Shown piece by piece: positions 1-13,400 of a stretch of 64,000 nt of DNA (positions within the stretch are counted from its first letter, which is position 1; each line of letters begins with the position of its first letter). The stretch is from Euglena gracilis (taxonomy: Eukaryota). The notes beneath the pieces are model-generated. The model saw only the letters and a program-made list of their open reading frames with translations. It searched no databases and was not told the origin of the DNA. A program made the position numbers and the translations under genes. The DNA lies in assembly GCA_039621445.1 (NCBI GenBank), contig CP154954.1:34445737-34509736 (forward strand), in the 5' to 3' direction.

Positions 1-339
1 AAGGATTTGTCTCAGAGCAAAGCTGTGGGCACTGTGTGTGCCTATATGTTCGTGTGCTGTGTTGTGTTGTGTTGTGTTGTGTTGTGTTGTGTTGTGTTGT
101 GTTTGTGTTGCGTTGTGCTGCGTTGTTCTGTGTGTGTGTGTGTTTCTGTTTGTACGTTGTGTGTATGTGTGCACACGTGTGCGTGCGTGCGAGGGTGTAT
201 GCACGGACAGGGTGTCACCAGAAATTGATTGCAGTGATGCCACCACAAACCTGGGCAAAACAGTGGTGACCAAGTTGGAAGTAGACCTATCCCAACCTCA
301 GCAACGGTCGGCTGCAAAGAGGGAACATGGCCGTCCCGG

Positions 340-3300
340 GCAGGGGGACCTCCGGGCTGCGGCGAACACTGCCCAGCCGGACCCACTCCGCCTCCGGGAG
401 CTCCCACGGCTGGGCCGCCTGGCGCATCACCGGCAGGCTGGCGGGCCACTGCGGGTGCACGCCGAAGTCGAACACCCCCACGGGCACGATGGGCCGGGGG
501 CAGGGGCGGCGCACTGTTGTGACCCGGATATCACAACCCCCTGCCAGGACATTAAAATCAGAGGTGCACGCCCCCCCCTGATGGAATCGCAAAAAGCAAA
601 TCACGGAAAAAATATCATCGTGAAATATCATTGTGTGGCAATTTTTTTTGTTATTCAGTGTGAACCATCATTTTCCCAAAAAATTCGTCCAAAATGCAAA
701 AATTTTCGGCGCAAGCGCCAGAAGGAAAATTTTGATGTTTTGGGGGGTCCCGGGTGATCCACCCCTTGGCAGGGGGGTCAGGTGGGGGTGTCCCCCGGTC
801 CAGCAGGGGGTACACCCCGCACCTTCACCTTGAACGCCCTCCTTTTTTCGAACCCTGCCTTGCCCTCAGTGATACTCAAAGTGATGGCTGGACCTGCGTT
901 GCCGCCACCCCTGGGTTGCCCTCACGCCGGTGCGTCCCGCGGTGCCACTTGTCGTTGAGCGGCATCCTCAGGCTTCCCGTGGCAGTCCGCCATTCATGCC
1001 TGACACCATTTGCAGTCAATGGTTTCTCGCAAAAAAAAAGCAAAAAATGTGCATGCAACGCACACAAATGTGCACATGTATGTATGAAGCTCTCTGTGTA
1101 CAGAGCAGAAGATGTACCCTCCGACAGATTGCCACTTGAAAGGTTGACCATTGCTGGGGACTTTGACAACTTCTGACAATTACTGGTTGGCTGGCAATCA
1201 GCGACCAGCATGGGTAATCATTTGTCCTCCATAAGGTTATTATTCGAAAAATTGGTTAAAACCTGGGAGGGGATGGGGGGGGGGCTATTTTTGGGGGCTA
1301 TTCTTGGAGGTTTTGCGTCGAAAAAATGCATTTGAGCGTTTACAGCAAACCAAAAAAAATATTGATTGAAACCCCCCAGTGTTACATCACCGTGTAAAAT
1401 GGAACTGCTCAAGCTCAAGCTTTCCGTGGGGGGTCCGGCCGGCTGAGGGATGGCTGGTACCCGAAAACGGGCAAGCAACCCCAAATCCAGCTGGGTTGGA
1501 ATTTCCAACCAAATATTTGAGGTGAAACACCCCAAACCCCTCGAAAATACCACTTTGCGCCATTCTGTCCAAGTTCCAAAGTTTACGGTGCTTTGTGCCG
1601 AAAGCCATTTTATCCCAGTCCCAACTTTATTTCAGTGAACCCGCGGGGGTCCAAAGCCCAGATGGGACCTCCTGCTGGAAAAAAAAAACTCTAGCTGGCT
1701 GGACCCCCCGGGGGGGGGGTGTCCTCTCCGGCCGAAGGAAACCCCTGCCTGCCTGCCTGCCTGTCAGCATGCAACCCCCAAGCACAGCGTGGCGAACGGC
1801 CGGAAAGGCGGAGGCAAGGCGGCCATGGCGGGCCGGGCGGCGCGCACGGCGGTGATGTCGAACACGACGTTCCACAGCTCCGCCGGGGGCGGGGGCGGCA
1901 CGCGGCCCGTCGGGTCGGCCATCACCGCCAGCAGGTTGGCCGAGAGACCGGCCAGCGGGCCCCACGGCCCCTGCGACGCGGCGTTCAGGACGTCCGAGGC
2001 AGGCGCCGGGCCGGTGCGCATGGGGGCACCCCCCCCTCCCGGCCGTCACGGTGCAATGTGGTGTACTGGGGGTATCGGGGCATCGGGGCGGGGCCTGGCC
2101 CACCGTCTTGAGGCGCACCACGTGGGCGCGCTCCGTGTCGACGTGGATGTCGGGCCACACGCAATGGAAGCTGGTCTTGGCGCCGACGAGAGGTATATGC
2201 TTTTTGGAGTATGCGTCCATGCGCACACCTGTGCACATATTGTGTGTATGCATGTGTGTATGCATGTGTGTGTGTGTGTTTCAGTATGGGGTACACCATT
2301 CCGAAGGCAAGTTTGCGGCGCCAGAGCCCCTCGCCGGCCGGGGCAGTCCTTCTCCTTGCTCCAGCCGCTGCCGGTGAAGAGCAACAGCCGCAGCGGCCGC
2401 AGGCACGGGAACATGTCCAGCAGGATGCGGGCCCGGAACCGCCAGAACGCAAACTCGTCCCCGGGGACCGCCTGCCCACCAAGCGGGGGAGGGGGGGGGC
2501 GGAAGGTGGGGGCGACGCCTCCCGGGATGGCAATGCGTTGATGCCGGGGCCGTCGATGCACATCGGGGATGGCTTTGGGGTGGCGTGCAGAAGACAATGG
2601 ACCTTTGGGGTTGGGGGCGTGGACATCGGACGACGTCCTTCAGATCAAGCTTTGATATAAGGGCAGGTGGGAGGCCCCCCCCCCTTGGTCGGGGGAACAC
2701 CCCCAACTGAACCCCGAACACCTCCCCCCCCCCACCCTTTCTCCCCCCATAGGGGTTCCCTGGAGGGAACTAGGCTCAACCCGAGGAAAAATCGAAACTC
2801 CAAAATGATCAGCAGTGGTTCCGGTGATAATGGGTGTTTGGGGGTGGGGAACCCAGCTGACCTGGTCCCGGGGGCTGGTCGTACGCTTTGGCACCCCCCC
2901 AGTTCCTGGCATTGAGGCAATCTGGCCCCGAAAACCACGCCCCCCCCACCCCGATTTATGCTGAAAAATCGCCAAAATTTTGCTGTTCGGGGGTGTTGAG
3001 CAGCGGTGGTTCCGGTATATGCCCCAAAAACTGTCAGTTATGCAAAAAAAATCGATTTTTGGACCCAAATTTGCCCTGGCCAGCCCAAATCCAACTCATT
3101 TTTGCCAATTTTTTTACGCCAAAAACCCATCACCATCCAGCTGCCCAAAGGACAGCTGGAAAATAAGTAAAATTCGACGATGGGGGGGGAGGGGGTCCGG
3201 GGCTGGAAAAAGGCTGCTGGCTGGCAGCACCCCCCCCCGGGGGGGATGGGGTGCCCTTTGGCTTAAGAGACGCCCTGGGGGGGGTCTGCAGCCCAGTTGG

Positions 3301-4680
3301 GAGTGCTGGCAGGAAAAAAGGTGCTGGCTCGCCGGACCCCCTGCCAGGGGTAGGTTGGGTCCGGTTTGAGAAATTCCCTGATTTAGAACTCACTCAACTC
3401 ACCGATGATGGTGATGTTCAAAATAAAGGTTGCCCAAGGTGTCCTTTGCCACTTTCCAAGCTGTTCTGCGGCCCATTGGACAGGCTCACCGCGGTAAACC
3501 ACGGTGAGTGTGCCGACCGTCTTTCCTTTCCGTCTGAGCAGGGGGACCCGCGGCGGCGTTGTGCAACAGCTCGTTGGGGGGCTGGGCCAGGGGCTCCCCC
3601 TGATGCGCCGGGCTTCACTGACATGCCGTTCCAGCGGGCCCTCAGCCGCCCAAACCGTTCCCCCACAACGTGTGAAGCTGCAGGAATGCCCGCCTCCCGG
3701 CCGACTGGTCAAAAAAGAACACCCAGTTCGGGCTCTTGGGAGGGTTCCCATGAAAATAGCAACACGGTAATTGACTTTTGGGACATTGTGCAATATTGCA
3801 CATGATGTCTTTGAATGTCTGCACCTCGAAGGCGATGAAAAAAATTTTCTCTGCATTCTCTCTGGTGAACAAAAAATAGCTTCTTTTGGCAAAAAAATTG
3901 TCGATGAACATTTTGGGGGATTCACACCTTGCCTTGGTGACATGACAATCCGCACCACCTGTTGGAACGGAGGCCCTGCTGGGCACACTGCGGAGCAAGC
4001 AGGTCGATGTCCTCCGTGTACGGGTGGCGCCACCGCTGCGTGTCGCGGCATCGGTCCCTCCCCCCGTCCCACCGGCAGGGAGGCAGGGATTGCATGGCGC
4101 TGCGGTGGGCAGTGCAGGGTGTGGCGCTCCACCAGCGTGAGTGGTCGCCCAGCGCGGTGGCACGCCGCTGGCCCCAGGGCTGCTCACCGGGCCTTGCCAA
4201 AGGGGGGGGGGGCGTGCCCATGGCAGAGTGCTTCCCTGCCCCCCAGGGGGAGGAAAGCAACCTGGAGCCTCAAAAAAAAAAACGCGACACAAAAAAAAAC
4301 AGAAAAAAAACACAAATAAACGCAAATAAACACAAAAAAATCACAAGTTGCATGTAAAATGCTTCAGGAGCTCCTCTAAAACGTGGAATTATTCCAAAAC
4401 CGGAAACGTTTTCCCAGCAACAATCGGGAATCACCAGGAGAAAAAAAGACTTTTTGTGTTAAAAAACACAAAAAGAAACACACAAAACACACACACACAC
4501 CAAAATTGAAAAATGCAAAAAAACCCACATTTGACCCCCCCCCAGTGTGGACCCCTGCCCACACCTTGGGCAGGCCTGGCCACAGCCTCACAGAGGGTGG
4601 GGGCCAGCTCGTCAGGGACCTTCAGCTTGCCGGTCGGGGTGAGGAAGTCCCAGCCGCCCATGAGGCTCGAATGGGTCAGC
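340..4680 (-). CDS. Exons encoding an archaeo-eukaryotic primase (AEP/PrimPol-like) domain
   Basis: Exons 4680-4582, 4169-4111, 4025-~3985, ~3585-3550, 2471-2340, 2178-2101, 1994-1839, 977-917 and 495-~340 give LTHSSLMGG..GKLKVPDE..CEAVAACHRAGRPLTLVERHTLHYPYTEDIDL..PPNELL..FWRFRARILLDMFP..TGSGWSKEKDCPKTSFHCVWPDIHVD..WNVVFDITAVRAGSLRMPLNDKW..EGRPIVPVGVF. This has AEP motif I (DxD), motif II (SxH), a candidate motif III Asp and the LRMP..K motif. Confidence 0.8.
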
Positions 4681-7600
4681 CTGCAGGGGGACCGGGGAAC
4701 AAAGGGCAGGGCAGAGGCGGTGGTGGGCGGAAAACAGCTGCAGGTTGCAGCTGTTTTAACAGCAATGGGCAGAAAGCCATTTTCTCAACAAGCAAATCTT
4801 GGTTCAAACGGGGATCAGGGTGTTGCTCAAAGACTCTCTGGGGGGTCCAGCTCAGAGGCTTGGAAAATGGAAAAAGGCTGCTGGCTGACCCCCCCCACCA
4901 GACCCGGGGTCAAACTGGGTAAACCATCCCCCAAATAACCCCCCCCCCCATTGGGGTCTGACTTCGAAAAAAAAATAATACCCCCCAATCTGCGACTGCA
5001 TTTGAAAATAAGAATTCACGGCAATAAATGACCAAAAATGAGTTTCTGTGGTCTGGCCTCCAAAAAAACATCAATTTTTTTGGCAAAAAAATGCAGAAAA
5101 TGACCAAAAAGGTTGGTTTTGGGTGTAATTTGGGGTCTTATGGATTTTCGAATAATAATCCAAGGCCCAAGCCAGGGGGGTTTTCCAAAAAAAACCGAAA
5201 CTCCAAAAAAAAAAGACTTAAAAACCTGCTAATCCATTTTTTTTGACCCCAAATAATCCCTGGTCAGCCCAATCCGACCTATTTTTGCCCATTTAACCCC
5301 ATTTTTTTGCACCTAAAATCCATAACTGTCCAGCCGCCTTCGGGTGGCTGCAAACTAAATAAAACATCGATGGGGGGGCTAGAAAAAGGTTGCTGGCTGG
5401 CTGGACCCTGTGGTCAAATTTTCTTAAGCAACGCCCTGAATAGGGATACTAATTCAAAAAAAAGGGCGCCACCTTGATGATACCCCAAGCAGAATGCAGA
5501 CATCCACCGAGAGCTGTCAGGTAGCCAACCAAGCGTCGATCCACGGGACGGGGATGGGGTTGCCTCAAGACTCCGGCCACCGATGCCACGTTGGGGGCAG
5601 CCCCCCTGGCCCAGTCCTTCTCCGCGTGGTCGCAGGCGCACGACCGGATCGCCCGCAGGGGCCGCTGGGTGGCGGCGTCGAAGGAGGCCAGGAAGGCGCT
5701 GTGGGGCGCGGCGGGCAGCGGGGCGCCCCCCGGGGTGGGGCACGGCGCCTCCCCGGGCCTCTGGCCATCCTGAGCTGACAATTTGTTTCAAAAAATAACT
5801 TCTGGGGGAAATTTGTTGAGCTCTGACTTCCATTTTATTGAAAAACGCTTGGACGATACTACGAACACGAATATACCAAAAAAAACAGGTGCGTAATTGC
5901 ACCAACAATGGAACACCAAAATCCCCCTGAATGAGATCCTGGCAAACCCAATAGAATATCAACTGAAACTCTCCCAACACCCACAAAAACGTTTTTTTTT
6001 TCACAACCCTCCTTTTAAAAAAAACTTCCAGGTGCGACTTTGTCCGAACCACACACACCCCTACACCACTGCCCAACGTCAGTGGAGCGCCGTGGTTGGG
6101 GGCCACCGTTGCCGAAGCGGCCCCCAGCGCCGGGGCAGCCGTGGAGGACGTGGCGGCGGCGGGGACGGGGGCGGTGGGCCGGGGCTGTTGATGGGCTGGC
6201 AGCGGCAGGAGGGCGGGGGGCTGGAAGTGTTGGGGCACGCCGCTGGGGGCAGGGCCGGGTGGGGAGGGGGGCAGGTGGGGGAGGCCGGCGAGCTGAAGCC
6301 AGGGGGAGGGAATTTGCAGCAAGGCTCTTCAAAATAAGCAATGCACAAAATGCAAAAAAATGCAGGTTTCATGCAAATTCCTTTAGGGGCTCCCCGTGGC
6401 TGTACACTTCTCCACTGGAGAGGACTTTTAAAATATTTACCTGCTCCAACAATGCAACACCAAAAGAAAATGTGGGTGCAAACTGCAAAACTACATTGGT
6501 TGTTTCACCAAATTGCATCCGCTTATCTTTGATTTGCAACTACTACTGAGGTGAATTAGGTCCAAAAACGTGAGGTATTGCAGCTTCCAGTTGTCTGAAA
6601 GTGGAGAAATTTTCCTGTGTTGCCTGCACAAATGCCCAGAAAAAATACGGAAAATATGCAAAAAATGCACAAAATGCGAGTTTTCAACTTTTTCTTTACC
6701 TTGCAAAAAAGGTGCAATTTTCAAGATTTGGATTATGCAAAAAAAATTGCAAAGTATGCAACTTGCATATCCCCCCTTGCTGAAGCGTCACAGTCAACCA
6801 GATGGGGGGGGATCCAGGGACTGCGAAAAGCATTTGATTCCGATTCTCTCCCAATTCCTCTGCTGGTTTTTTGGGGCCGTCAGCGAAGTATCAACAAATC
6901 ACAAAAGAAAGAGCGAGGCTGGCCTTCCTTCTGCATTGTCAACTGTGGGTGTCGGCGCTGGTGGGCATTTGTTGCAGAAACCCAGCCGCCCTTGCCGAAC
7001 GCCGTTGCCGGTTCACTGCATTCGCAACGATTATGCACATGGCGATCCCACAGATTGCGGAACTGACCGCCCGGACCATCCCATGTTGGTGTGGAGTTGA
7101 CAAGAAAGCGGCGAGGCAACCTCCCGGGCGGTGGCGGTGCCTTGCCAGGCGGAACCCCCACTATCTGGTCCAATCTATTACTCCCCTTCCCTTTTGTCAG
7201 GCGTGTTTGAGAACCTCTAAAGCACAACCAGTGTCCAGAGGGTGGACACTTTTTTTTCTTCAATTTTACTTAACAGTCTTTTTTTGGCTCCTTGGTCGAG
7301 GTGCTAAATCGGGGAGGGGTATTTGACCTGCCCCTCTATGGCGGCAATATGCCATATTTGCTTACGGTGGATTTGAGTGGGTCGATTTCGGAGGCACTGC
7401 TCTCTCACCCCTCCGTCCGACATGGTCGGGAGCATGGGAATGGAGGAATGGGCTCAGAGGAGAGGAACCCGGCGAAAAGCAACGGCCAACGCATCCAGCC
7501 CTGGCTGACAAAGCTCGGGACCAGAGGCAGGGGCAGGGGAACAGGGATGGGGGCCCTCTCAACAGGAGGGGGGGGGCATATCCTGCGTGCCACAATTCCT

Positions 7601-10322
7601 CGTTCAGGGTTTTAATTCTGGGATATATCGGACATGAGGTGACTTTAAAAAAAAATGCTGGAGGAATCTTACTCCAGCCATCCAGGCATCTTTGTCTGTT
7701 GGTTAATGGTAATGGCCGGGTTTGTTGCGACTCATTCTCCAAAAAATGTCCAAGATAAAGAAGCAGTGCACCAAACTTGGGGCATTTTCTTTGCGTGAAG
7801 GGCAAACCAATGTGCAACAGCCACAAAACAAGTCTGTACAGAAGAAACTGGAAAAAAAATAATACCAGAAAAACCCCAAGGAAAAATAAGGGCTGAAAAT
7901 TCCTTTTATTGGAAATACCCCTGTGGAATTCATCAAATGCATGTAATTTCCGCAACAACAAAAAACCGGTTGGCAGAACCAGCTCCACCATGGCAATGAC
8001 CCTTTCAGAACTGTTCTTTGGGATGTTTTCCAAAATAGCAGATTTTGGTTGCTGCTTCTTGGCAATCTGTTTGCGCGGAACCAGGGCGGATCAGGAAGCC
8101 CCGAAACCCTATGGGTAGCATAGGTGCGGGGTGTAACGCCTCACCAGGCCTTCCTGTGCAGCCTTGACCTCTCCAGATCTTCATTTGTGCTTGTCCTGCT
8201 GAATGGCTAGCATGATTTTGTTACCCTCAAAAATTCAGTACGCCTTTGTTTTTATATTTATGTTCACTTTCATAAACCAAACAATTTAGGTCACCAAGAT
8301 CCAAATTGACTCATCAAGCAGTGCTGAACCCCAAACCCCTGCCCGACCCCTGTGGGGTGGCCCTCCCCTGCTGCCGAACTATGCCGAAGGGCATTGCTCT
8401 TCCCTCTTCCATCCTGACTTCCATCGTTCTTCCCTGGGCAGAGTCCTTGGCAGGGGCATATAGACGGGCCGGGGGTTAAACGGGGGCTGTGAGACTGCGC
8501 AGGGCCGGGCGGGCGGGGCCACGAGGCTGGCGGCCACGGGCGGCGCGGCCAGCGGCGGGCAAGGCCACTTCCTCCGGGGTTGATTTGTGCATGCCGATGA
8601 TTCGGAACCTCTGTTCCTCGAAAGCGACAGGTGCCTGCTACGAGGTGCCCGCGCGCACACACGTGTGTGTGTGTGTGCGCGCGCGCGCGTGTGTGTGCGT
8701 GCGAGGTGACCAGGGCTGTCCGGGAAAGCCTGGGGGCTTCCCCCCACTGCCTGTGGGCTGGGCGGGGGCAGCACGGGGGGCCCCTGCTCCGGCCGCCGTG
8801 GAGGACGTGGCGGTGGTGGCGGCGGCGGGGGTGGGCCGGGGCTGCAGCCAGTCCGGCATCGGCAGGAGCGCTGCGGGCGGCGGAGGCGAGGGCACGCCGG
8901 GCCCAGGGCCGGGGGGGGGGGTGGACCCCCCCCTGTCATGTGGACGGCCCCGCCCCCGCGAGCTGGTTTAGGCTGCCGGTGGCACACCAGTGGGACAAGG
9001 CTTGGGCCGCACGGTTGGGGGGGGGGGAAGCCCGGCCCTGGCGGACGCCCACTGGGGCGGGGCCGGCAGGGCGGACAGCAGCCTGGCCCGGAGCCAGGGA
9101 GGGAGGAAGGGAGGAAGGGGCTCCCCGGCACGGCAGTGGACAGCCCCCCACCCCCCTTGGTGCTGTGCATGACAAATGCCTGGGGGGAGCAACCGAGGCG
9201 CCGCCACCACCGGACCGGGGCCGGGACCAGAGGCCTCCTCGGGGGGAGGGTCGCCCTCCCTGGACGGTGCCTGTGCGAGGAGGTGGGCGGCATATCCCGC
9301 GTGCCACAATACTTCGTTCAAGGATTTTAATTCTGGGTGGACAAAGATACCTGGAGGACCGGAGTAAGATTCCTCCAGCATTTTTATTCTTCTTCAAAAA
9401 TCACCTCATATCCAAGGTGTCCATTGGTTAATTAATGGTGGGGACCAGGTTTGTAGCGTATTCTCCAAAACAAGTCCAAGACAAAGAAGCATTGCACCAA
9501 GCTTGGGAGCTATTCTTTTTGCGTGAAGGGCAAACTCATGTAAACAAAATCACATCTGTACAGAATGTACCAAACCCAAGGAGAAATAATCATCAGGAGC
9601 TGAAAAAAAATTGTTTTTATTGAAAATACTCCCTGTGAAATTAATTGCACATATATGCATATTTTCCACAACAACAAACAACAGCATTTTTGCCACAGAG
9701 CTTATGAGTTAAGGCGTTTTTGGGAGGATTCCACTTCAGTGGCTGGAATATCAGAATCCCTTGTTGGCTCAGCATCGAGGGGGGGGGATAAATGGCATTT
9801 CCAGGACCTCACATAATGAATATCCCAAATGAGTGTGCCGAACTGTGGTAAAAAAAAATGCAGATTTCTTTGGGGTTTGGCTTGTTTTCCACGTGGAAGT
9901 GTGGAAGTGAAAGTGGATTGGGAGCCTTCCAGATCCACCGTATCAAAATGGGAGACAACTCAAATAAAACAAAATGTTGCATTTGACAAAAACACAAAAA
10001 AATCACATATTTCTTGCCCGTAACCTTTTTCCCCTGCGTTTTGCCCGAGCGTTTGCCATCTGGGGTAAGAAAAAGACTTAAAGACCTATCCCAAAGGGCA
10101 TCGTCTTCCCTGGGCAGAGTCCTCGGCAGGGGCACAGAGACGGACCGGGGGTTGCGCGGGGGCTGCAGGACTGCGCAGGGCCGGGTGGGCGGGGCCACAG
10201 GGCCGGCGGCCACGGGCGGCGCGGCCAGCGGCGGGCAAGGCCACTTCCTCCGGGGTTGATTTGTGCATGCCGATGATTCGGAACCTCTGTTCCTCAAAAA
10301 GTGACAGGTGCCTACGAGGTGC

Positions 10323-10389
<67 letters not shown>

Positions 10390-10402
10390 GTGTGTGTTGT
10401 GC

Positions 10403-10465
<63 letters not shown>

Positions 10466-13400
10466 TGGGTGTGTGGGTGTGTGTGCGTGCGAGGTGACCA
10501 GGGCTGTCCGGGAAAGCCTGGGGGCCCCCCACTGCCTGTGGGCTGGGCGGGGGCAGCACGGGGGGCCCCTGCTCCGGCCGCCGTGGAGGACGTGGCGGTG
10601 GCGGCGGTGGGGGTGGGCCGGGGCTGCAGCCAGTCCGGCATCGGCAGGAGCGCTGCGGGCGGCGGAGGCGAGGGCACGCCGGGCCCAGGGCCGGGGAGGG
10701 GGGGGGTGGACCCCCCCCTGTCATGTGGACGGCCCCGCCCCCGCGAGCTGGTTTAGGCTGCCGGTGGCACACCAGTGGGACAAGGCTTGGGCCGCACGGT
10801 TGGGGGGGGGGGAAGCCCGGCCCTGGCGGACGCCCACTGGGGCGGGGCCGGCAGGGCGGACAGCAGCCTGGCCCGGAGCCAGGGAGAGAGGAAGGGGTTC
10901 CCCGGCACGGCAGTGGAAACCCCACCCCCCTTGGTGCTGTGCATGACAAATGCCTGGGGGGAGCAACCGAGGCGCCGCCACCACCGGACCGGGGCCGGGA
11001 CCAGAGGCCTCCTCGGGGGGAGGGTCGCCCTCCCTGGACGGTGCCCGCGCCGTGGCCGAGGAGAGGGACCGGGCCTGCGGCGGGGGCTTCGGCGCGGCGC
11101 GGGGTGGTGGCGCCGCTTCCTCTGCCGGCGCCGGCAGTTCCGCTTCCGGGCGCGTTGTGGGCGGGCGTCCCCACACAGGGACCCCGCAACGCGCTGCATG
11201 TCAATGGCAATGATGCCACGACAATGGCCAACAACCTTCCCCTTCCTGGCGGATGCCAGGAAGGAAGATGCCAGTCCCAACTGTTACAAATATTATTATC
11301 ACCATTTCTACTAATAAAAAAACATGATTACTATTTTAACTATTGCTACTATCATCACTATTTATTGTGGTCAGAAAGCTTTCACTGCCAAAACTGCTTC
11401 ATACAAAAAAAATCATCCTTGGGAGTCCCCTGCAAAATATGATTCTTTTTGGTTTGAACAATATTATGTTTGGGCAACGGCTAACTGCCTGGTTGCGGGA
11501 GGGGTCACTTGCGCAGGAGAAACCTCTCGAGCTGTCCACCCACCCACCCACCCAGGAAGAGTGCAGGTCATGCAAGGCTGGAGGGGCATGGGATGGGAAC
11601 GGCCGGGTGGGGACGTTGAGGCGGCGTTGGGCGGCAGGGCCAGGTTGGCGTAGAGCCAGGGGTGGGGGTCGGTGGGGGATGACGGCACGGCCTCGGGGGT
11701 CCCTTGGGGGTCATGCAAAGGGGAAAAGGAATACCGCCACATCAGACGTGCCAGGAATCCTGCGGCGGAGGGGCTTTCAGAAACTGCCGGTGTGGGTGTC
11801 AACCCATGCTGGGAAAGCGATGGGGGGGAAAAAACCTCCACATTCCCATCAACGGCGAGGTGCGATGATGCGGGAGTGAGGGTGGAGTCCGTCCAGAAAT
11901 GAGTGCAGCTAACATTCGAGGAAGACATGCAGAGTTGCCCTGGCACAGCATCACCAATGACAATTCCATGATGGAGGATGAGGCGGATCAAGCCCAGGGG
12001 CTCTGGTCTCCTGACTCGAAGGGGTAGCTGTGCCAGAGCTTCTCACCTTGGAGGTGGTTGCAGCAGGGCCTGAGCTGCCTGTGCAGGGAGGAATCAGTAA
12101 AAACACTGGTTTCTTGGGGAGGTGGCCATAAGAACAAATAGAAGATTATTCATCACCTGCGACAAACCCAGCTTCCCACCCACCCATTGATGTGCACTCA
12201 TCCACCGGCAGCGTTACAGTAGGAGGATGCACCGTAGAAGGAGTCTTTCGAGCCTCCTTGAACCACCTCGAACGACATTCGAGGAGGCTCTCGAGCCTCC
12301 TCAAATGTCGTCCAAGGCCATTCAAGGAGGCTCGAAAACCTCCTCAAATGTCGTTCGAGGAGGCTCAAAATCTTTCTTGAATGTCATTCGACAGGGCCAA
12401 GAAAACTTTCCGGTTGGTGGAAATTTTTGTTCAGGGGTTTTATTCCGGAATATTTCGGGTTATTCTGGAGTATTCCGGAATTTATTCCGGGTATTCCAAT
12501 GACTTTTTGCAGAGAAATGACTCAAGAAAATTTCCTGTGCACCTTCCCAGTCTTCAGGAATTCACCTAAATTTGTTGGTTGCCCAGCCTCACCAGTTGGT
12601 CGTCCCTGCACCGAAAAAAATGCAGCAATCAGATCAATACTGTTAATTTTGAACCGCAATTTAATCAACAAAATCGTGACCAAACAGGCTTCTTTTTACC
12701 AACCCCCAAGGGGTGCCTTGTGTTATGGGGTGCCTGCCCTATAGCAGGCACCCCCCCCAGACATTCATTTAGTGTGGTTCACAAAAGACGTGTGAACCAC
12801 AAATTTTTTTCTGGTGTCCACAGGTGAACCACAAATTTTTTTTTGGTGTCCACAGGTGAACCACAAAAATTTTTTTGGCGTCCATAGGTGAACCACAAAA
12901 ATTTTTGTGGTGTCCACAAAAAAATTTGTTGTCCACAAAAATTGATTGAGGATCGAAAAAAAAATTTACACCTAAAAGCGGATTGATCTTTAGACACCTC
13001 AACCACATTCTGAGCCTTGGCCCCGGTTCAATCCACGAGGTGTGGCAGTTGGAATTGGACAGATTGCTATCGAGAGTTCTCAAGCAGACATGCTCTATAG
13101 ACAACTTACCCAACAAGTATACCATCAAAAAGTTAAGTACTGGCGTCGATGAAGCGGAATTCCGCTTCATGGAAGCAGAAACACGCGACATTATCGTGGG
13201 GCTTTGGCATGGCTGTGGACATTAGGAGCGTTCTGGGGCATTGTGGGATGTCAGTTGAGTGCCTCAGTGCCTGAAAAAGTGCCTGAAAAATCGGCAATGC
13301 CATGTGCTTTGTTTTGAGGTAGGAGCCGGAAAGCCACTTCATTGCTGTGGTGTCAGATCTTCAACTTGACCATTCAATGAAAGACCACATTCAGTATAGT

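Noticed and set aside
1789-2660. Long plus-strand ORFs overlapping GC-rich exons
   Set aside because: These are antisense shadows of GC-rich minus-strand exons with no protein-like motifs. The same applies at 8489-9431, 24481-25068 and 49353-50178.
496-4581. 8-bp target-site duplications at the junctions of the nonconventional introns
   Set aside because: I checked several junctions by eye and found no intact 8-bp repeat, so a MITE origin for these particular introns is not demonstrated.
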